NCBI GenBank assembly: GCA_964106645.2
Contig: OZ067046.1
Strand: one strand, 5' to 3'
Length of the DNA: 64,000 nucleotides
From: Podarcis pityusensis
Lineage: Eukaryota
In this document: in pieces, positions 1 to 14,402 of the stretch
How positions within the stretch are numbered: position 1 is the stretch's first letter
How the letters are laid out: every line of letters starts with the position of its first letter
Notes under the pieces: generated by a model
The model's input: only the letters and a program-made list of their open reading frames with translations
Databases searched by the model: none
Told to the model about the DNA's origin: nothing
Program-made: the position numbers and the translations under genes

Positions 1-2271
1 GAGGTGGATCATGATTTCTAGATAACCCTGTCTTTAATAACTCTGTTCTATTTACAAGCACAATAACAAATTATGTTTAATAACTGAGGAATCCCAGTGG
101 CAACAGCAACCGCCTTTTGCAGAAATTTAACGTAAGTTCCTGTTTAGGCTACTTAGATTGCAGTCCTAAACACATTACAAGGAAGTAACACAGTAGGACT
201 TGCTTCTGAATAAGCAAACATAAGATTGCGCTGTTAGCATCTTCTTGTAAAAATGCATTGATATTTTAAAGTGTAATGAAGAGTCTGCCCTACTTCCTTA
301 ATTATTTGTATTGCTTCTGCTTTGAGATAATATCCTGTTGTTCTGTGTCTGAATGTGTCGACTTCATCTTCAATGGCCACTCAACCCTTTCCTTATCTTT
401 GCAGTTATTTCCTTCTTCCTGGCTGTTTGTTTTGTCTCTTTCCTCTTTGCACCCCCTTTTTATAGGGTGCTGCCCTTGTGTTTAAATAGTCTTACGTTCC
501 TTCCTTCGAGATCATTCAGTGTTTATGTTCTCTGTGTTGTTGTAAATAAAAATATGCCCTTTTCCCTTATGGGGTATCCAAGAGCCCATATAGAGTCCTT
601 ACATAGGTTCCCTATTGGTAGGAGAAAATAACAGAGGCCAACCAGAGAATATTGAGAAGCAAAGCAGCTAGTAAGCTTGATCTTTATTGATCTGTTGCAA
701 CAGGGTACTCCCCTCACACGCAGGAGAGGAGGAGGACCCCCAAAAATGCTGTGCAATGGCTTATAAAGACTTTTGAAATTCCCCTCCTCTAGATCAAGAC
801 CACCCCCAGAAACATTATGCATACATCACAGAAGGGGTGTAACCTAAGACCACCCCTCAGATACATCCCACCTACATCACAGAAATTTAAATGTTGTTTT
901 TCTCCTGTCACAGTTTATTTCCTGTCTGGCAGGTTACTTGATTGGATTTCTTGGGGAGCCTTGGCAGTCTTTTGTAATGATAAGGCTCACACCCTTATTC
1001 AAACACAGATTAAGACAGGATTTGTGAAGGAAGAGACAATGGGGAGGCTTTTCCATTTTTACCATGCAGAGAAACATTTGCTCAGTTTAGGAATCAAAAT
1101 GGTTCCAGGTCGGCTTTCCTGTGCTGATCTATGTACGTGTGGTTATGAACGTTGCCATATATCTAAAACCATAAAATTCCTATCACAGTGTCAATGCAGT
1201 GAATGAATTTTGAACTATTCAGGTCACATTCACACCATACTTTTAAAACACATTTAAAGCACCACAATTCCCAGCACCTTGAACAAACTATAGTTCAAGA
1301 TTTGTTTGGAGGAAACAATGTGCTTTAAACATATGGTGTGGATGTGACTTGAAGACAGTGTATTTTGCTGAATAGGAAAGGTGTCTTATGTTCCTTAAGA
1401 CTCTTAGTGTTTTGTCATGATAATTTATATAACATTCTTCAATGCACTAGTTCTTATTTATTTTCAGCTATATCATTATTTTTGGTATTTTCTTTTTGAG
1501 GAGCAAGCTACTCTTGTTGCATGAAGTCAGTGAACAAAGCTACCCTCCTTTGCTTCATGTTTGATGGTGTGATATTTATAGCTGTGTTGTGCTGTGGTAA
1601 GAGAGAATGTGCTAAAAATAGGCATACAGTAAAATATTATCGAGTATTCGGTTGGATTCCTAAGACTGGATTGTGCTTGGCAAAAGAGACCCTTCACAAA
1701 AGCAAAGAAAGATTTAGAGCTTAGGCTTCCTTTGGCTGGTTTGTTTAGTTTATTCAAACATTGCTGAATAGTTCCCAGCAACTTCTGCCGCATTTGCATG
1801 TTCTGCTGATTTTCGGTGTGAAGTCTTCTGGTGTGTGAAGGCTCATCAACATGAGAGGGAGAGACATTGTTAGGAATAAATTAATATTTCCACGTTGTCA
1901 AGGAGGTACATGGTATTCAGCTAGCATCTTACTTCAATTCAAGAAAACGACTTGCATATAATGAATAGTAGCAACACTAAGGTATTTATTTCAGAGTAGC
2001 CCTTTGCCCTACTGCAGTGACTATTGTATCCTTGCCTATTTTATTTTGTTTTTAATATATTGTAAGCAGCCTCAAAACTTTGGGTAGTTGTTGGGGTATA
2101 AATACTCTTAAATAATAGTAATAAAATAAGAAATGAGACTTTAGTATGACTAAAAAATAAGAAAAAATAATTGAGATGGGAATTTTAATGTGGAAGGAAA
2201 GTTTGCTGATATATTGAATCCCATATTAATATATGGGAAAACTAGTGGCAAACTGAAGTAAAGCACTAAAT

Positions 2272-2407
2272 CAGGCTTCTTCAACCTCGGCCCTCCAGAT
2301 GTTTTTGGCCTACAACTCCCATGATCCCTGGCTAGCAGGAACAGTGGTTAGGGATGATGGGAATTGTAGTCTCAAAACATCTGGAGGGCCGAGGTTGAGG
2401 AAGCCTG
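2272..2407. mobile_element. hAT-type MITE
   Basis: Long TIRs caggcttcttcaacctcggccctccagatg...; exact 8-bp TSD cactaaat at 2264-2271 and 2408-2415. Confidence 0.88.
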
Positions 2408-2994
2408 CACTAAATTGTAGGAGTAGTAGTAGTAGTAGTGGTGGTGGTGGTGGTGGTGGTAGATTAACTATGGTTAGCAGAATAATAGAGTACAAGATCA
2501 CTGCCTTGATTAAACTGATTATAAAGTAACAGATTAAGAACTGGTAATCATGGCAGGTTTCAAAGCTAGAACAATTTTATTTTTTTTTACCCACTCACTG
2601 ATTAATAATATTAGTCCCTCAAGAACAATTAACAAGGGGGTTGTAGGTTGCTATGGTATTTAAAGGAAAATTTTAAATACTTCATTGCATCTGTTTTGTT
2701 GAATCTGTTCCTAATAAGGTTCAGAAAAGATTAGTCAAAATATTGAAGGTGTTGGAGCATCTTTCCTGTAAGGGAAAGGTTAAAGAAAAATGACTAAGTT
2801 GGAGTAAGGGGAGATGAATGATTTACAAATGTGTGAATGGCATGTAGAAAGTGAATAGATTTTCTGAAAGTGTTGCCCAGATTCAGGGCACACTTCCAAA
2901 ATTTATAACATAATATGGAATTTTCTGCTACAAGATGTAATGATAGCACTGACTTAGATGGCCTGACTAATTCATGGGTGATGTACAAGGCCCC

Positions 2995-3290
2995 ATCCAC
3001 TCTGGATTTGTGTAGGGTTCACTCCATAGCCTTTTCTTCTCCCAAAGATATCCCACATGGCAGCAGGGGTTTAGGATCAGAGCTTTTCTTCTAGATGGGC
3101 TCCCTTCCCAAGTTGATGAGCCCCATCTGCCCATCACTTCCCTGTACAGTACATACAGAAAACACCTTCTGGACCATTGGGCCCACTATTGGTCTTGTCC
3201 ACTCAATCCACCGGAGCTTGTCTTCACACACAGGGGAAGCCACTAATTCATTGAGCATTTGAGACCCATCGGCTACCCTCACTTCTTTAG
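2995..3290. repeat. Interspersed repeat fragment, family uncertain (possibly RTE-clade LINE)
   Basis: Homologous to 53855-54065 and, inverted, to 4399-4497 (tagccttttcttctcccaaagatatccc). Confidence 0.5.
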
Positions 3291-6153
3291 CTGGCCAGTT
3301 GAAGCAGTTTCCCAGGGTGTGGCTGCAGTCACCTGCTGATAGCTTCTAGGAGCCACAGGTGAGAGCTGAGTGCAAGGTGAGGACAAAATGTGGGCAAACT
3401 ACCCCAGACGGAGCACATTGTGTACCCCATCAGAGGCAACCCCCCTCCCCTAACACCCCAATATCACCTATGCTCCTGCAGTCTAGGTAACAGCTATAGC
3501 ATTCAGCTGGCGGTGTGGAAAGTGTCCTGAAGAAAACAAATTACAATTTTTGTTACTCATAGGAAATGTAGGGCCTACAGCATTCTAACCATTTTTTCTC
3601 GCATGCATTGCTGTGATCATTTTTTGTTTTTTTTTAAAACCCCACAGCATCTTCTGTACTACATTGCCATCACTGTACAAAGTTCAAAGAGCAAGGCTCC
3701 AGAGAACTACTCTGTGGTTGTCCTTCAATTATGTCCCTTTCTTAGATGTCTGAGCTTGCTGGAAGTATTGCAAGACTTTCTTGGATGGGGTAGCCTTTAA
3801 TACCCAGAATTATGCATGAGTAGGTGTGCTGAATGATCTTTTTTAACACACATACACAGCCCTTGCTAAAAATGAATATACAGTTTTTTTTCTTTTATGA
3901 AGCTTGAGAGGAAGAGGGGTAGAAATGTAAATAAACCATTTACCCCAAGGCAACTTTGGGTTCAGTATGCTAATGATTAAACCTAGCTACGACATCAGGT
4001 GTTCAGTTTTCTTTTTCAAAGAAGGATGAACTCATAGGATTTTCAAATATTTTTCAGATCTGCATAGGGCTAGCTCCTAAAACTCAGAATCCCCTCCCAT
4101 TTCTGAATACAGTCAATATTGTATGTTTACAGAGGAGTGTGCACATAACAGTGTGTGTGCGTTATAAGCAAACCACAATGACACGTTTCCTTCCTTCCTT
4201 CTCCTACTTTAAGATTAGCGGATCAAAAAGTGTAAAAGGCATTGTGTGTAGAAGGTATTTGGGGTATCGCAAATGGCACCAGCGCAGGCCTTCCCTGTTG
4301 CCGACAGGGCTGCCTCCTCATTGATTTAAATTAATTAGGATTAACTTCAGTCCTGAACTTCCACTGCTTTGCGGCTATCGTCATTCATGAGAAAGGCTTT
4401 GGGAGTAAACCCTGACAAAAAATCCATCCCCACTGCCTTGTGGGACATCTCTGGGAGAAGGGAAGGCTAAGGAGTAATCCCTGCACAAATCCAGAGTGAT
4501 GGGTTGTTATTCAGTTAATTGTCTCCCAGTATGATAATTTTAATGCATTTCCCCCCTGCTCTTTTATTGTTTTTTGCCTGTTTTTATTATGCATGTCTAG
4601 TTTTAACTAAATCACCATGGAAATATTCACTGAAGGGCAGTATACTAATTTATTACACAAATTCATTAACTAAATAGTGCATTCTCCATAGCAGTAAACC
4701 TTAATGTTAGAAAAGTGTCTCTGAAGATATAAAAGACATACAGCCTGATTAAAGATTTTGGAACAAGACAAACCATGCCTCAGGTGACTCTGTCAACACC
4801 GTTGACTTGTTCCTTTCTGTCTGTCCAATGCTATGTGTTTGCTTAATTCATTGTGTTTGCTTTGCTAAGGGGATTAGTTGTGTCAAATTTCACTGCTCGG
4901 GTAACCTATGCTGAAGTCCCAAAAACAAACTCATTAAAGCTTGTGCCTCTATATTTTTGGTGACACAAACTAGATTACTTCTTTCAAAGTTGCATAACTT
5001 GCATGTATGTTATAGTTGTTCAGGAGGATCAGAAGGGAATGTTGGAAAAATATCTTCATTAGAATTTACTTCTTAGTTAATTAATTTACCTGATCCCCTG
5101 AAAAGGTGTTAGTAGGTTCAGTAGACTTTAGGGTTCCTCTGATTTAGTTGACAACATATTGGACTTCCTATTCTACCACCTAAAGATTTCTGAGTAAATT
5201 GTACTCCTTGACCAAAAAGAAAGACACTTACTATTTTTATCCCTGCCTTCCCGCCATATTGGAACCAACATGTTCAGAATAGAATTTTAAAAAAATTAAC
5301 CTTTTGCATTTGAACCTTTGTCAAAACAATTGTTCAAAGTTTAGTTGTTCTTTTATGCCTTTCAGTATGTTGCTGTTCTGTGGTTAAACTGTGGTTAACA
5401 CAGGGCACCTTGAATGTTACTGTTTCTTGAGTATGTAGATGTATTCCTCTACATCTTTGAAGAAATGGGTCCAAAGAGGACTAAAATAGAAGGGAGAGAT
5501 ATTTGAAAGGAAATGTTACATGAGTAGCTCAAAGCAGAAGGTAGTCAGATAGTATTGCACTGATGGATCACTAGCCAATTTCCAGTGGACCTCTGTACAC
5601 TTGCTGGTTGCTGAGATTTGTAAAAAAAGAATCTTGACTTTCATGTAAACTTTCACTTGAACTAGCAACACACTTCTTATATTTTTACACAAGAGTACAG
5701 ATTCAAGATCACTTAACCTAGATTAATTATGGCTTCACTGTTAAGAGATCCTGCATAATCTTCCTTCCTTTGTAAATTTAAGGGCTGCATGTGGATGGCA
5801 GGATTTGTGTAGACCTTTCCATTTGATCAGTGTTCTAGATGGAATTGCAGCATGGAGAAGTAGCTCCTATGCTGGCTATTTGACTGTGTGACGGAAGTTT
5901 ATGTCATCTGTGTTTTTGCTAATCTCATGGATTCCCCCCCCCCCCTTGTGGTATGTAATAAGGGTGTACATCATGTTTCCAAGCATGCAACAGATTAGTC
6001 ACACAGCCATCTTATATTTTGTGGGGAGGAGAGAAGACATTCTAACTCATAAGAATTTTAGTGTAAGATTAGGGGATCATTCTGTGAACCTGTCTCTCTC
6101 TTTCCCCAGTACACAAGATTTTCTGAAACCAAAATATTTCCCTCCTTTTGCAG

Positions 6154-6320
6154 TGGTAGCCGCTCTTCTAAAACTTTTAAACCAAAGAAGAATATTCCAG
6201 AAGGCTCTCACCAATATGAGCTGCTGAAACATGCAGAGGCCACTCTTGGAAGTGGCAACCTACGGATGGCTGTTATGCTGCCTGAGGGTGAAGATCTAAA
6301 TGAATGGGTTGCAGTGAACA
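6154..6320 (+). CDS. MOB1B: MOB kinase activator 1B, coding exon 2 (exon 1 not found, presumably upstream of the window)
   Basis: ttttgcag acceptor and gtaagt donor; 167 nt; encodes GSRSSKTFKPKKNIPEGSHQYELLKHAEATLGSGNLRMAVMLPEGEDLNEWVAVN. RMAV/WVAV match MOB1B rather than MOB1A. Confidence 0.97.
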
Positions 6321-6521
6321 GTAAGTAACATGACCTTTCCCCCCTGTATGCTTTTTGAGCATTAATATTGACTGATAAAGCTGGGTGGGGGGGGGGATAG
6401 GGGAGGCATGAGAGATTTGACATTCATTCCCCTGGGAGGGTAATGGTTAAATTTATTTCTGCAGACTTACCTCCGGAAATCACTCTTTTTAGAATGGTTG
6501 AATGTGCCATGATGTAACTGC

Positions 6522-6755
6522 AGCCAGTATGATGTAGTGGTTTGAATGTTCGAATAGAGCCTGGCAGGTCAGGGTTCAAATCCCTACTGGGCTCCCTGGC
6601 TGACCTTGGGCCAGTTAGTGTCTCTCAGCCTAATAATCAGCCTCACAGGGTTGTTGGGGGGATTAAAGGGCAAGCAGGAGAACTATGTATGCCACCTTGA
6701 GCTCCTTGGAGGACAAAAAAGGTGGGATATAAATTAATAAATTAATAAATTAATT
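6522..6755 (+). mobile_element. tRNA/CORE-type SINE (Squam3/MIR-like)
   Basis: A/B-box-like head (gtagtggtt...ggttcaaatccc), gaccttgggccag core, (taaa)n tail. Confidence 0.7.
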
Positions 6756-7629
6756 CTATAGGACAGGTGGTAAGCAAATCAAAACTAGAGTTGGTAGGTT
6801 AGAAGAAATTGTGTGCATGGGATACTACATGAATGTGTACTGTCCACTATTGACTGTTTACAGAGGTATACCAAAGTAGAAAGAAAGCAATAGTGAACTA
6901 AACCAACTCACCTTAGCTCTCATGCATGCTTGGAGGACTTGGGACAGAGGCAAGTTCTTACTTTTTGGGTTCCCAGAAAATAAGACGGAAAGGAAAACTT
7001 CAAGCAGCAAAAGAGAGACCCCTGTTGTTTCCTTCATTCGTTGACAGCACAAATCTGGTGAGGTGATCTATATGCTCCCAAGTGTACTGCTTACCAGGAG
7101 GTCAGAAGCACTCACTGTAGTTAGGTGGCAAGTAGGTTTGTAGATGCACAGTTTGTGACTCACCAATTTGAATGCAACTCACCAGGGACTGGGACTTTCT
7201 GGGTTTTCCCCTTGTCTGGAACTGCACAAAGGGGAAGCAATTGGAGGCCCTAGCAAGCTGCAGCAAATGGCTAATTGTCTCTGTCCAGCTTGATGGATCA
7301 CAAATTCTCTAGGTCTGATACGGTACCAGCTGTGGTCTGTCTGTTCTTTGAGCAGAAGAACTGGATTTTACAGTGTTGTTTATCACATGTGGCTGCAGAA
7401 GTGTCTTGGGCTCGAAGACTTGCCATGTTCCCTGGGGATTTTCCATACTGGTTTCTTTAAATTTCAGCTGTTCTTCTTGAGAGAAATGTCACCACTGTTT
7501 TTAGCAAACACTGAAAGCTGATAAAAGCCTAGTAAGTTCGACTCCCCCAGATTCCATCTACAGCTGTTTTGCTGTACAGTCATGCCCTCCCACAGCTGAA
7601 TTAAGATATCAGTTGTTAAAATATGATGA

Positions 7630-7918
7630 TTATTTATTGAATTTATATACCGCCCTATACCCGGAGGTCTCAGGGCAGTTTACAGAATAAAATCAAAATA
7701 TAAAAACACAAAATACATAATGAAAATAAAAACAACAACCCAGTTACCTCTCCCCCCCCCCCAAAAAAAACCACCACCCACATTTTAAAAGGGCATAGGG
7801 TGTCAATCAAAGCAACCAAAGGCCTGGTTAAAAAGGAACATTTTTGGCTGGCGCCTAAACGTATACATTATAATGAAGGCGCCAGGCAAACTTCCCCGGG
7901 GAGAGCATTCTACAGACA
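7630..7918 (-). mobile_element. L2-like LINE 3' fragment
   Basis: Similar to 57220-57680 and to the reverse complement of 58500-58800; tttatataccgccct end. Confidence 0.6.
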
Positions 7919-8619
7919 GTCTTTTGTTTTTGTGGAAAATATTGTGTCAAAAAATCTAGATGGAAAACTTTGAATGAATAACTGCATCTTGGGATAAAGG
8001 ATTGAGCTATGGTTTGGGAAGACCCTGGTTTGAATCTTGTCTCTGCCATAAACTCAATAGGTGGTCTTAGGCAAGCTCTGCTCTCATGTTCTGCTCTCAA
8101 CCTCAACTGCCTGCCCCTCTAGCTGCAGTTTGGAGGTAATAATACCAACCTTTCTTAAAGTGTCCTTTATAAGGACTGCAAGATTATGGTCCAGTTAACA
8201 CATACTGTAATCCAGTTAACACATAACACAGAATAAAATTGCCAGTATCATAATGCCCTTATACAAGCACAGCTGTGTGAAAATAAATAAAAAATTCAGA
8301 ACATAGGAACTTTTAATTCCTGTGTTCCTTGACTGGAATTGAAGGGCATGGAAGGATCTGTCAGTCTTGCTGAATGGAGGAGGCCATGATCTCAATAGCA
8401 GTTTAATGACAGTGACATTGAAATTGTCATAATTTGACTTCCCAGACATCACCCAATTAGATTGTGCAAGGCCACAAATCCTTTTGTGCTGCTGCTCTGT
8501 CTGCAGCCAAACTAAAACAAGACAAATTGCACAGCTGTTCCTGTTTACAAGGCCAATCTTCAAATACAAGTCTGTAAATGGCATCTTGAAAGAAGGGTGC
8601 TCAGCATTTTTCAGGATTT

Positions 8620-9590
8620 GGAGTAGGGCAATCTAGTAATAGATTTGGTATTAAATGGGGCAGGGGAGTGCAACCCTGTTGCTTTTTGATAGCTTAATGG
8701 CTTTTGACGCCATGGTTTCCTAGTGGGCCAACTCTCTGGGTTGGCAGTAGGAGGTCCTGTGCTTTGGTGGTTCCAGTCTTATTTATAAGGCTAGATTCAG
8801 AATAGTATTGGGTGACTGTACCTCAGCCCCTTAGCAGTTATGCTTTGGGGTACCACAGGGTTCAACCTTGTCCTCAGTGTTGTTTAACATCTATGTGAAG
8901 CCATTGGCAGTGGCCATGCTGCTCTACTTCTCTTTGACATCTGAGTCAAGTGTGGACGTGCAGGTCCTGGATCAGTGCATGGATCTGGTGGAATGGGTGA
9001 GGGTCTACAAGTTGTAACTGAATCCTGATAGGTTCAAGTGACGGTGGTAGCTAGGATCACCTTTTACCAGCTTCAGCTAGTGTGTCAGCTGCACACATTC
9101 CAGGACAGGATAGCATGGTGGAAGCACACCATGTTTGGATAGCCTCAATATTTCGCTACCATAGTGTGGTGTATGAAGAACTGCCCTTAAGGTTGGCTTG
9201 GAAGCTGCAGAAAAGGGAGACTAACCATGAGTACAATATATAACATCACTTTTGAAAGAACTGCACGAGCTGCCAGTTTGCTGCCAAGCCAAGTTTAGGG
9301 CCTTTAAAAAATTAGGACCTGGGTACATGAAGAAATGCATTCTCCCACATAAATCTGCCCATAGACTGAGATATTTGGATGAGGTCTGCATGGTCAACTT
9401 AGTGACAATGGACTGTTTCTGTTATGGCACACAGTTTATGGAATCGTCCCCCCTTTATTAAGTTTTTGCACAACTTCATTAAGTTTCTGGTGCATCCAGG
9501 CATTTGCTGGTTCTCAGTGCCACCCTTTTAGTATAATTTGGCTGGTTTTGTTGTGATTTTTGTATTCTGCTGTATTTTAATATAATGTTT
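8620..9590 (+). mobile_element. Degraded L2-like LINE (RT region to 3' end)
   Basis: Decayed LDLSAAFD/GVPQGS-like codons (ggcttttgac, ggggtaccacagggttc); similar to 39575-40220 and 58191-58798. Confidence 0.6.
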
Positions 9591-9592
9591 TA

Positions 9593-9852
9593 TGCCAACC
9601 TGGCAGTTCGAAAGCGTAACAGTGTGAATAGATAAATAGGTACCGCTGCGGAGGGAAGGTAAACTGCGTTTCCATGCGCTCTGGCACTCATGGTGTTTTG
9701 TGTGCCAGAAGTGGTTTAGTCATGTTGGCCACATGACTCGGAAGAGCTGTCTGCAGACAAACGCTGTCTCCCTCAGCCTGAAAGCGAGATGAATGCCACA
9801 CCCCGTAGTTGAATTTGAATGGACTTCACCATCCAGGGGTCCTTTACCTTTT
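9593..9852 (+). mobile_element. 5'-truncated Sauria SINE
   Basis: Aligns to 49300-49522; ggggtcctttacctt tail. Confidence 0.8.
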
Positions 9853-10439
9853 ATGAGAAACATGTTTGTATTGTTGTGAGTCTCCCTGGTATTACTGATG
9901 AAGATATAGAAATGTTATAAATAAATGATAAAGCAGTCAACAGAAGGAACTTTGCCTTCTTAGCATTGCTTTGGTAGACATGCTGCTCAATAACACCAGG
10001 GGATAAACTCCAGACAGAGATCCTGATACCATAGACGAGGAACGACCAAGCAAGGCATGTAAAGGTAGCAAAGCATGTTAAGAGATGAGGTAGACACTGA
10101 GCCATTGATGTGTGTTTAGCAGTTGTAGATGGTTTGACTCTAGGGATCCTATTTCACTGGAAGGAATGGAAAGCCAGAGGATTGCGTATTTGTACTTTCA
10201 CCACTTTTAACAAACATAGATTATATAGTTTCAAAACCATTTTAGTACACTTATCTTGTTATGCGAGTCTTTCTGGAGGTCTTAGTCTGTTTTCTGACTG
10301 GCATTTCCTTTGTATAGTAACATATTAAACACAGCAGAGTACTTTTGCTGAGAAGCTGTGTGGATGGTCTAGCTTGCAACTGAAAGCACACACTTTTTAT
10401 CTGCCAAATTGAAATCGTTCCTATTTTTTATATATACAG

Positions 10440-10533
10440 CTGTGGACTTCTTCAACCAGATCAACATGCTTTATGGGACAATTACAGACTTCTGCACAGA
10501 AGAGAGCTGCCCAGTGATGTCTGCAGGTCCAAA
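10440..10533 (+). CDS. MOB1B: MOB1B coding exon 3
   Basis: tatacag acceptor and gtaaga donor; 94 nt; [32 protein letters not shown]; phase fits exons 2 and 4. Confidence 0.97.
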
Positions 10534-13064
10534 GTAAGAATGCTAGTTATGCAACTTTGAAACTATGAGACATAAAATACTTGCTGTTTTTCATTTTTAA
10601 TTGGGTTTTAAACAATGATAATTGCTACTCTTAGTAAGTTAAAAACCTGAAATTTTATTTACAAAGAAGCTGGAGTTCTGTGTTTCATGTTTTTGCTTTT
10701 AGCCTGATCGAATTCTTTACAGATTTGTTTGGTGGTGGGAGGTCAATGAAAGTGTGAGTGAGAGCAGAGCAGGAGGAATTTAATAGTCCTGAAGGCCATG
10801 ATCTGGCCTTGAACTGCTGAATTGCAAATATTGCCGGCATGTTTTTCATCTCTACAACCCTGAGAACTGGAAACCCTTTTTTATTTTAAAAATGATAGTG
10901 ATTAACTCTGATTTCCAGCTACCTAAGGTAGCCCACTAGATAATCCCCTTTCCACAACTACAACTGCTTCAACAGCACACTTGCCTGAAGCTTGGTAACT
11001 GGGATTAAGCTAGGTTGGCTCAGGGTCCTCTATTTGCTGTCTCCTACCCAAAGCAGTGTTGTTAAGACAGGAGAGGACCATTAAATATATGTGTCTGTAT
11101 AGGCCCCCCCCTTTTGTTTCCCCTTTACATATATATATATATATACATACATATTTAGTTGCCTTGTCCTTTTAGTTCTACTTATGCATCTGGAAATAGC
11201 ATGATCTGTCTCTGTTTCTCTGTGTCTTAATATATCTTGACGACTGGTTGAATCAGAGTTGTTTGGATGCAGGGTTTTATTTTCAGTACAGAAACCTTGA
11301 TTAAAGGACTTTTCTGATCTCCTCCAAATTTATTAGCTGGCAAAAGCTGAACATGGTTAAAAATGAAGGCGGATATGTAAATCTTTTACTCACAGACATG
11401 TTATTACACTGGCACCGTTTGCAATAAGAGGCAATGGTTGCCTCTTATTCACTACAATTAAGCAGCTGTTTTTCTTGGGTTAGCTATTCAGATGCCACGT
11501 GCAAGCATAACATTTCACTATCAGTCGCTTTCCTTAATTATTGTGTCTGAAAGCCACTGTTTAGAGAAAAGAATGGCCACAAGCCAGGATATGTAACTGG
11601 TTTGAAGTGGGTGTGCAGACCTTGGTTAATACTGTAATCTTATGCACACATAACTTGGAAGTAAACTGCACTTGAGCTTACAAGGTGCAAAACAGGCTTT
11701 ACTGGTCTCTCTTTATGTACAATTTGGTTGTCTAACAGTTGCAGATTTGACAACCCTGATGTACGCTATGGGATTTGATGGCTCCTCCTAACCATTTCAA
11801 CTCCCCTGACAACTGGTCTGTCTCCAGCCCAAAATGTTCCACATGTTCTGAAGCCAGTTTCTGGCATTCATTCAGATCTTCCTATTTTGTTCAGCTGATA
11901 GATTTCTGAAAATTTGAAATGGGTGAATATAGGTGCGAGGTACCAGTTTCCAAAGTGGCCCTCCATGCTGAATATTGATGCAATACAGAAGAAAGTGGCT
12001 TTAGCATTTATTGTTTTACTCGGTTCTTGTGGAATACATAACTGTTTTAATGGATTTTTTTCAAATTTTGCTTGCATATCGTTACTGCATTGGCTCAAAA
12101 GAAGCCAATTCATAGTTTCCTACCGTAAGATCAAAGAGTTCTGAAAACATTGCTTAATTACAGTGTTCTGGTTCATAGATACATTGAAGCTCTCTCCATG
12201 GGTGTCTTGTGTTTGATTTGTTACACTGTTGCTTGCTATCCTGGAAATGTGTGCTGAGCTGAAATACAGTAGTTTCACTCCAAACAAGAGAAAGAGAAAA
12301 TTTGACGGAGCTGTGCATAATATTAAGATTATCAAAAAGAAGGCTGTATAAGGAGGCTGTGGAAGGGATCAGAGACCAGGTTCTGGAATAATTAAGGTTC
12401 ATGGCTGAATGTTTTCTGTTTTACTATTCCACTTAATGTGTCATTTGCATCAGTTAAGCTATATGCAATACTGTACCATAATTTTAAATCCAGTGCTATT
12501 AAAGTATAAAACTAGACTGTCAGCTTTAGATTAAAAAGGAGTAGAACATGAATGAGTGTGTTTAATGCACGTGTTACTTAGCTTCAAAAGTTCTGGAATT
12601 AAAAAGCATTTCATGAGCTAAGGGCATGGCTGTATCGGGGAAGAACTTGCCTCTGGCTTGAGATGAGGTTTGGGGCATTGTAACATGGTTAGCACAATAA
12701 TTCTCCTTGAACCATAGTGCCTGCTGGTTGTAGGGATAGCTTTGCAAAATGCCAATTATGTCACGTCTTATATAGTGATACCATAATCACTCTAATTCTC
12801 GTGTGTATATTTGGATGCCAGCCAACTGGTTCTCAGTGCCCGGGGGGAATTTGTTCCTGTGCTAATCACTTTTGAAACTGAGGAGACTTGTGTATGGGGA
12901 AGGGGTTAAAAGAGAGAAGAATTCTCTTGAGCATTTCCAGGCCCTTGGGCACACCTGAAGCAGGCCTTGATATCCCAATGTTATAAAAACAATAATTCAT
13001 TTGTTTAGTGTGTACAGTCCTAGATTTATTTAAAGGGATGTCTTTTAACCCTGTTTCATTCCAG

Positions 13065-13198
13065 ATATGAGTACCACTGGGCAGATGGGACAAACATAAA
13101 GAAGCCAATCAAGTGTTCAGCACCAAAGTACATTGATTACCTTATGACATGGGTTCAGGACCAGCTGGATGATGAGACACTCTTCCCATCCAAAATAG
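13065..13198 (+). CDS. MOB1B: MOB1B coding exon 4
   Basis: ttccag acceptor and gtaatt donor; 134 nt; YEYHWADGTNIKKPIKCSAPKYIDYLMTWVQDQLDDETLFPSKIG. Confidence 0.97.
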
Positions 13199-14238
13199 GT
13201 AATTTTAAAATTAGTATATTGCTGCTATATAAAAGCTGGATGGTTTAATTTGCAAACTGTGAACATCTATGCTACTTCAAAAGGAATAGGAGAAAACAAA
13301 AGCTTTTAACCTAAGGGAAACTAACATAAGATTTTGAAAATATATGTAACCATCTTAAGCAGCAGTTGTTCAATATTAATTAATTTTTTACAAGATTTAA
13401 TTTTAAGACTCCGCGACTGGACCTAACAGTCAGGGGTACCTTTACCTTTATGTAGACCAGAACATACCTAATTTCTAGCAGTCCTTATTTAAAAAGAAGA
13501 GTGATCTTTGAAAATAAGCAATTAAATGTTTCTCTGCTTATGGATGCTTCCCTTAGGGTGATTTCTGTGCTAGTGTAGTATTGCATTTTTGTTCACTTCT
13601 GCACAATTCATTTGTTGGTTTATAAAAATTACAGTTTTAAACTTAAAATTTTAAATCAGTGCAAGATACAGTTACCTTATGTCTTTAAAAAACATGCTTG
13701 CTGAATAGTTCTGGTTGTGTTTTTGATTACTGCTGGAAAAACGCTTGCATAGATGGTACTTTTTCGATATTTGTGGTTCTCAGTCCTGATACGTGGGCTG
13801 TTTAAACCTGTGCTGCTCCCTGCCCATTCATGGGACGACAAGAACTCTGTATTCCTTGTGAGTGGCTTCTTATTCTTGCTGCATGGGTCATGTATTGTGC
13901 TACAGCTTATGCACTGAAGCAAGAAGCCACTATCTAGATGAGTCTTGAGCATGATAGCAGCTGGGGGTTGTATCTAATGAACCCGTCTCATCAGCACAAA
14001 GGCTGCTTCTGCTTGTGCAACAGAACTTCCCCTTCCTCTTCTCTTTCCCCCTCCCACCCTCAACCTGCTCTGGATGCTTAGGGGAAACCCCAGAACTGAT
14101 CTGAGGGAGAATAGAGGGGAAGTTCTGTTTTGCAAGTGGACATTGTTGTGTGAACAGGATGGTTTTGTTGGATACAACCCTGCGTTCTTTGTAGGACTTG
14201 AATGTAAACACTTGGACATTTGCTTTGTTGATTTCTAG

Positions 14239-14402
14239 GTGTTCCTTTCCCAAAGAACTTCATGTCGGTAGCTAAAACGATCCTAAAGCGTCTCTTCAGA
14301 GTTTATGCTCACATCTACCACCAGCACTTTGATCCAGTCATTCAGCTGCAAGAAGAGGCACATCTCAACACATCCTTCAAGCACTTTATCTTTTTTGTTC
14401 AG
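14239..14402 (+). CDS. MOB1B: MOB1B coding exon 5
   Basis: ttctag acceptor and gtaact donor; 164 nt; [54 protein letters not shown]. Confidence 0.97.

Noticed and set aside
533-880. Possible solo LTR (tgtgttgt...acatcaca) with a degenerate ~49-bp tandem repeat at 797-885
   Set aside because: No target-site duplication found; insufficient support
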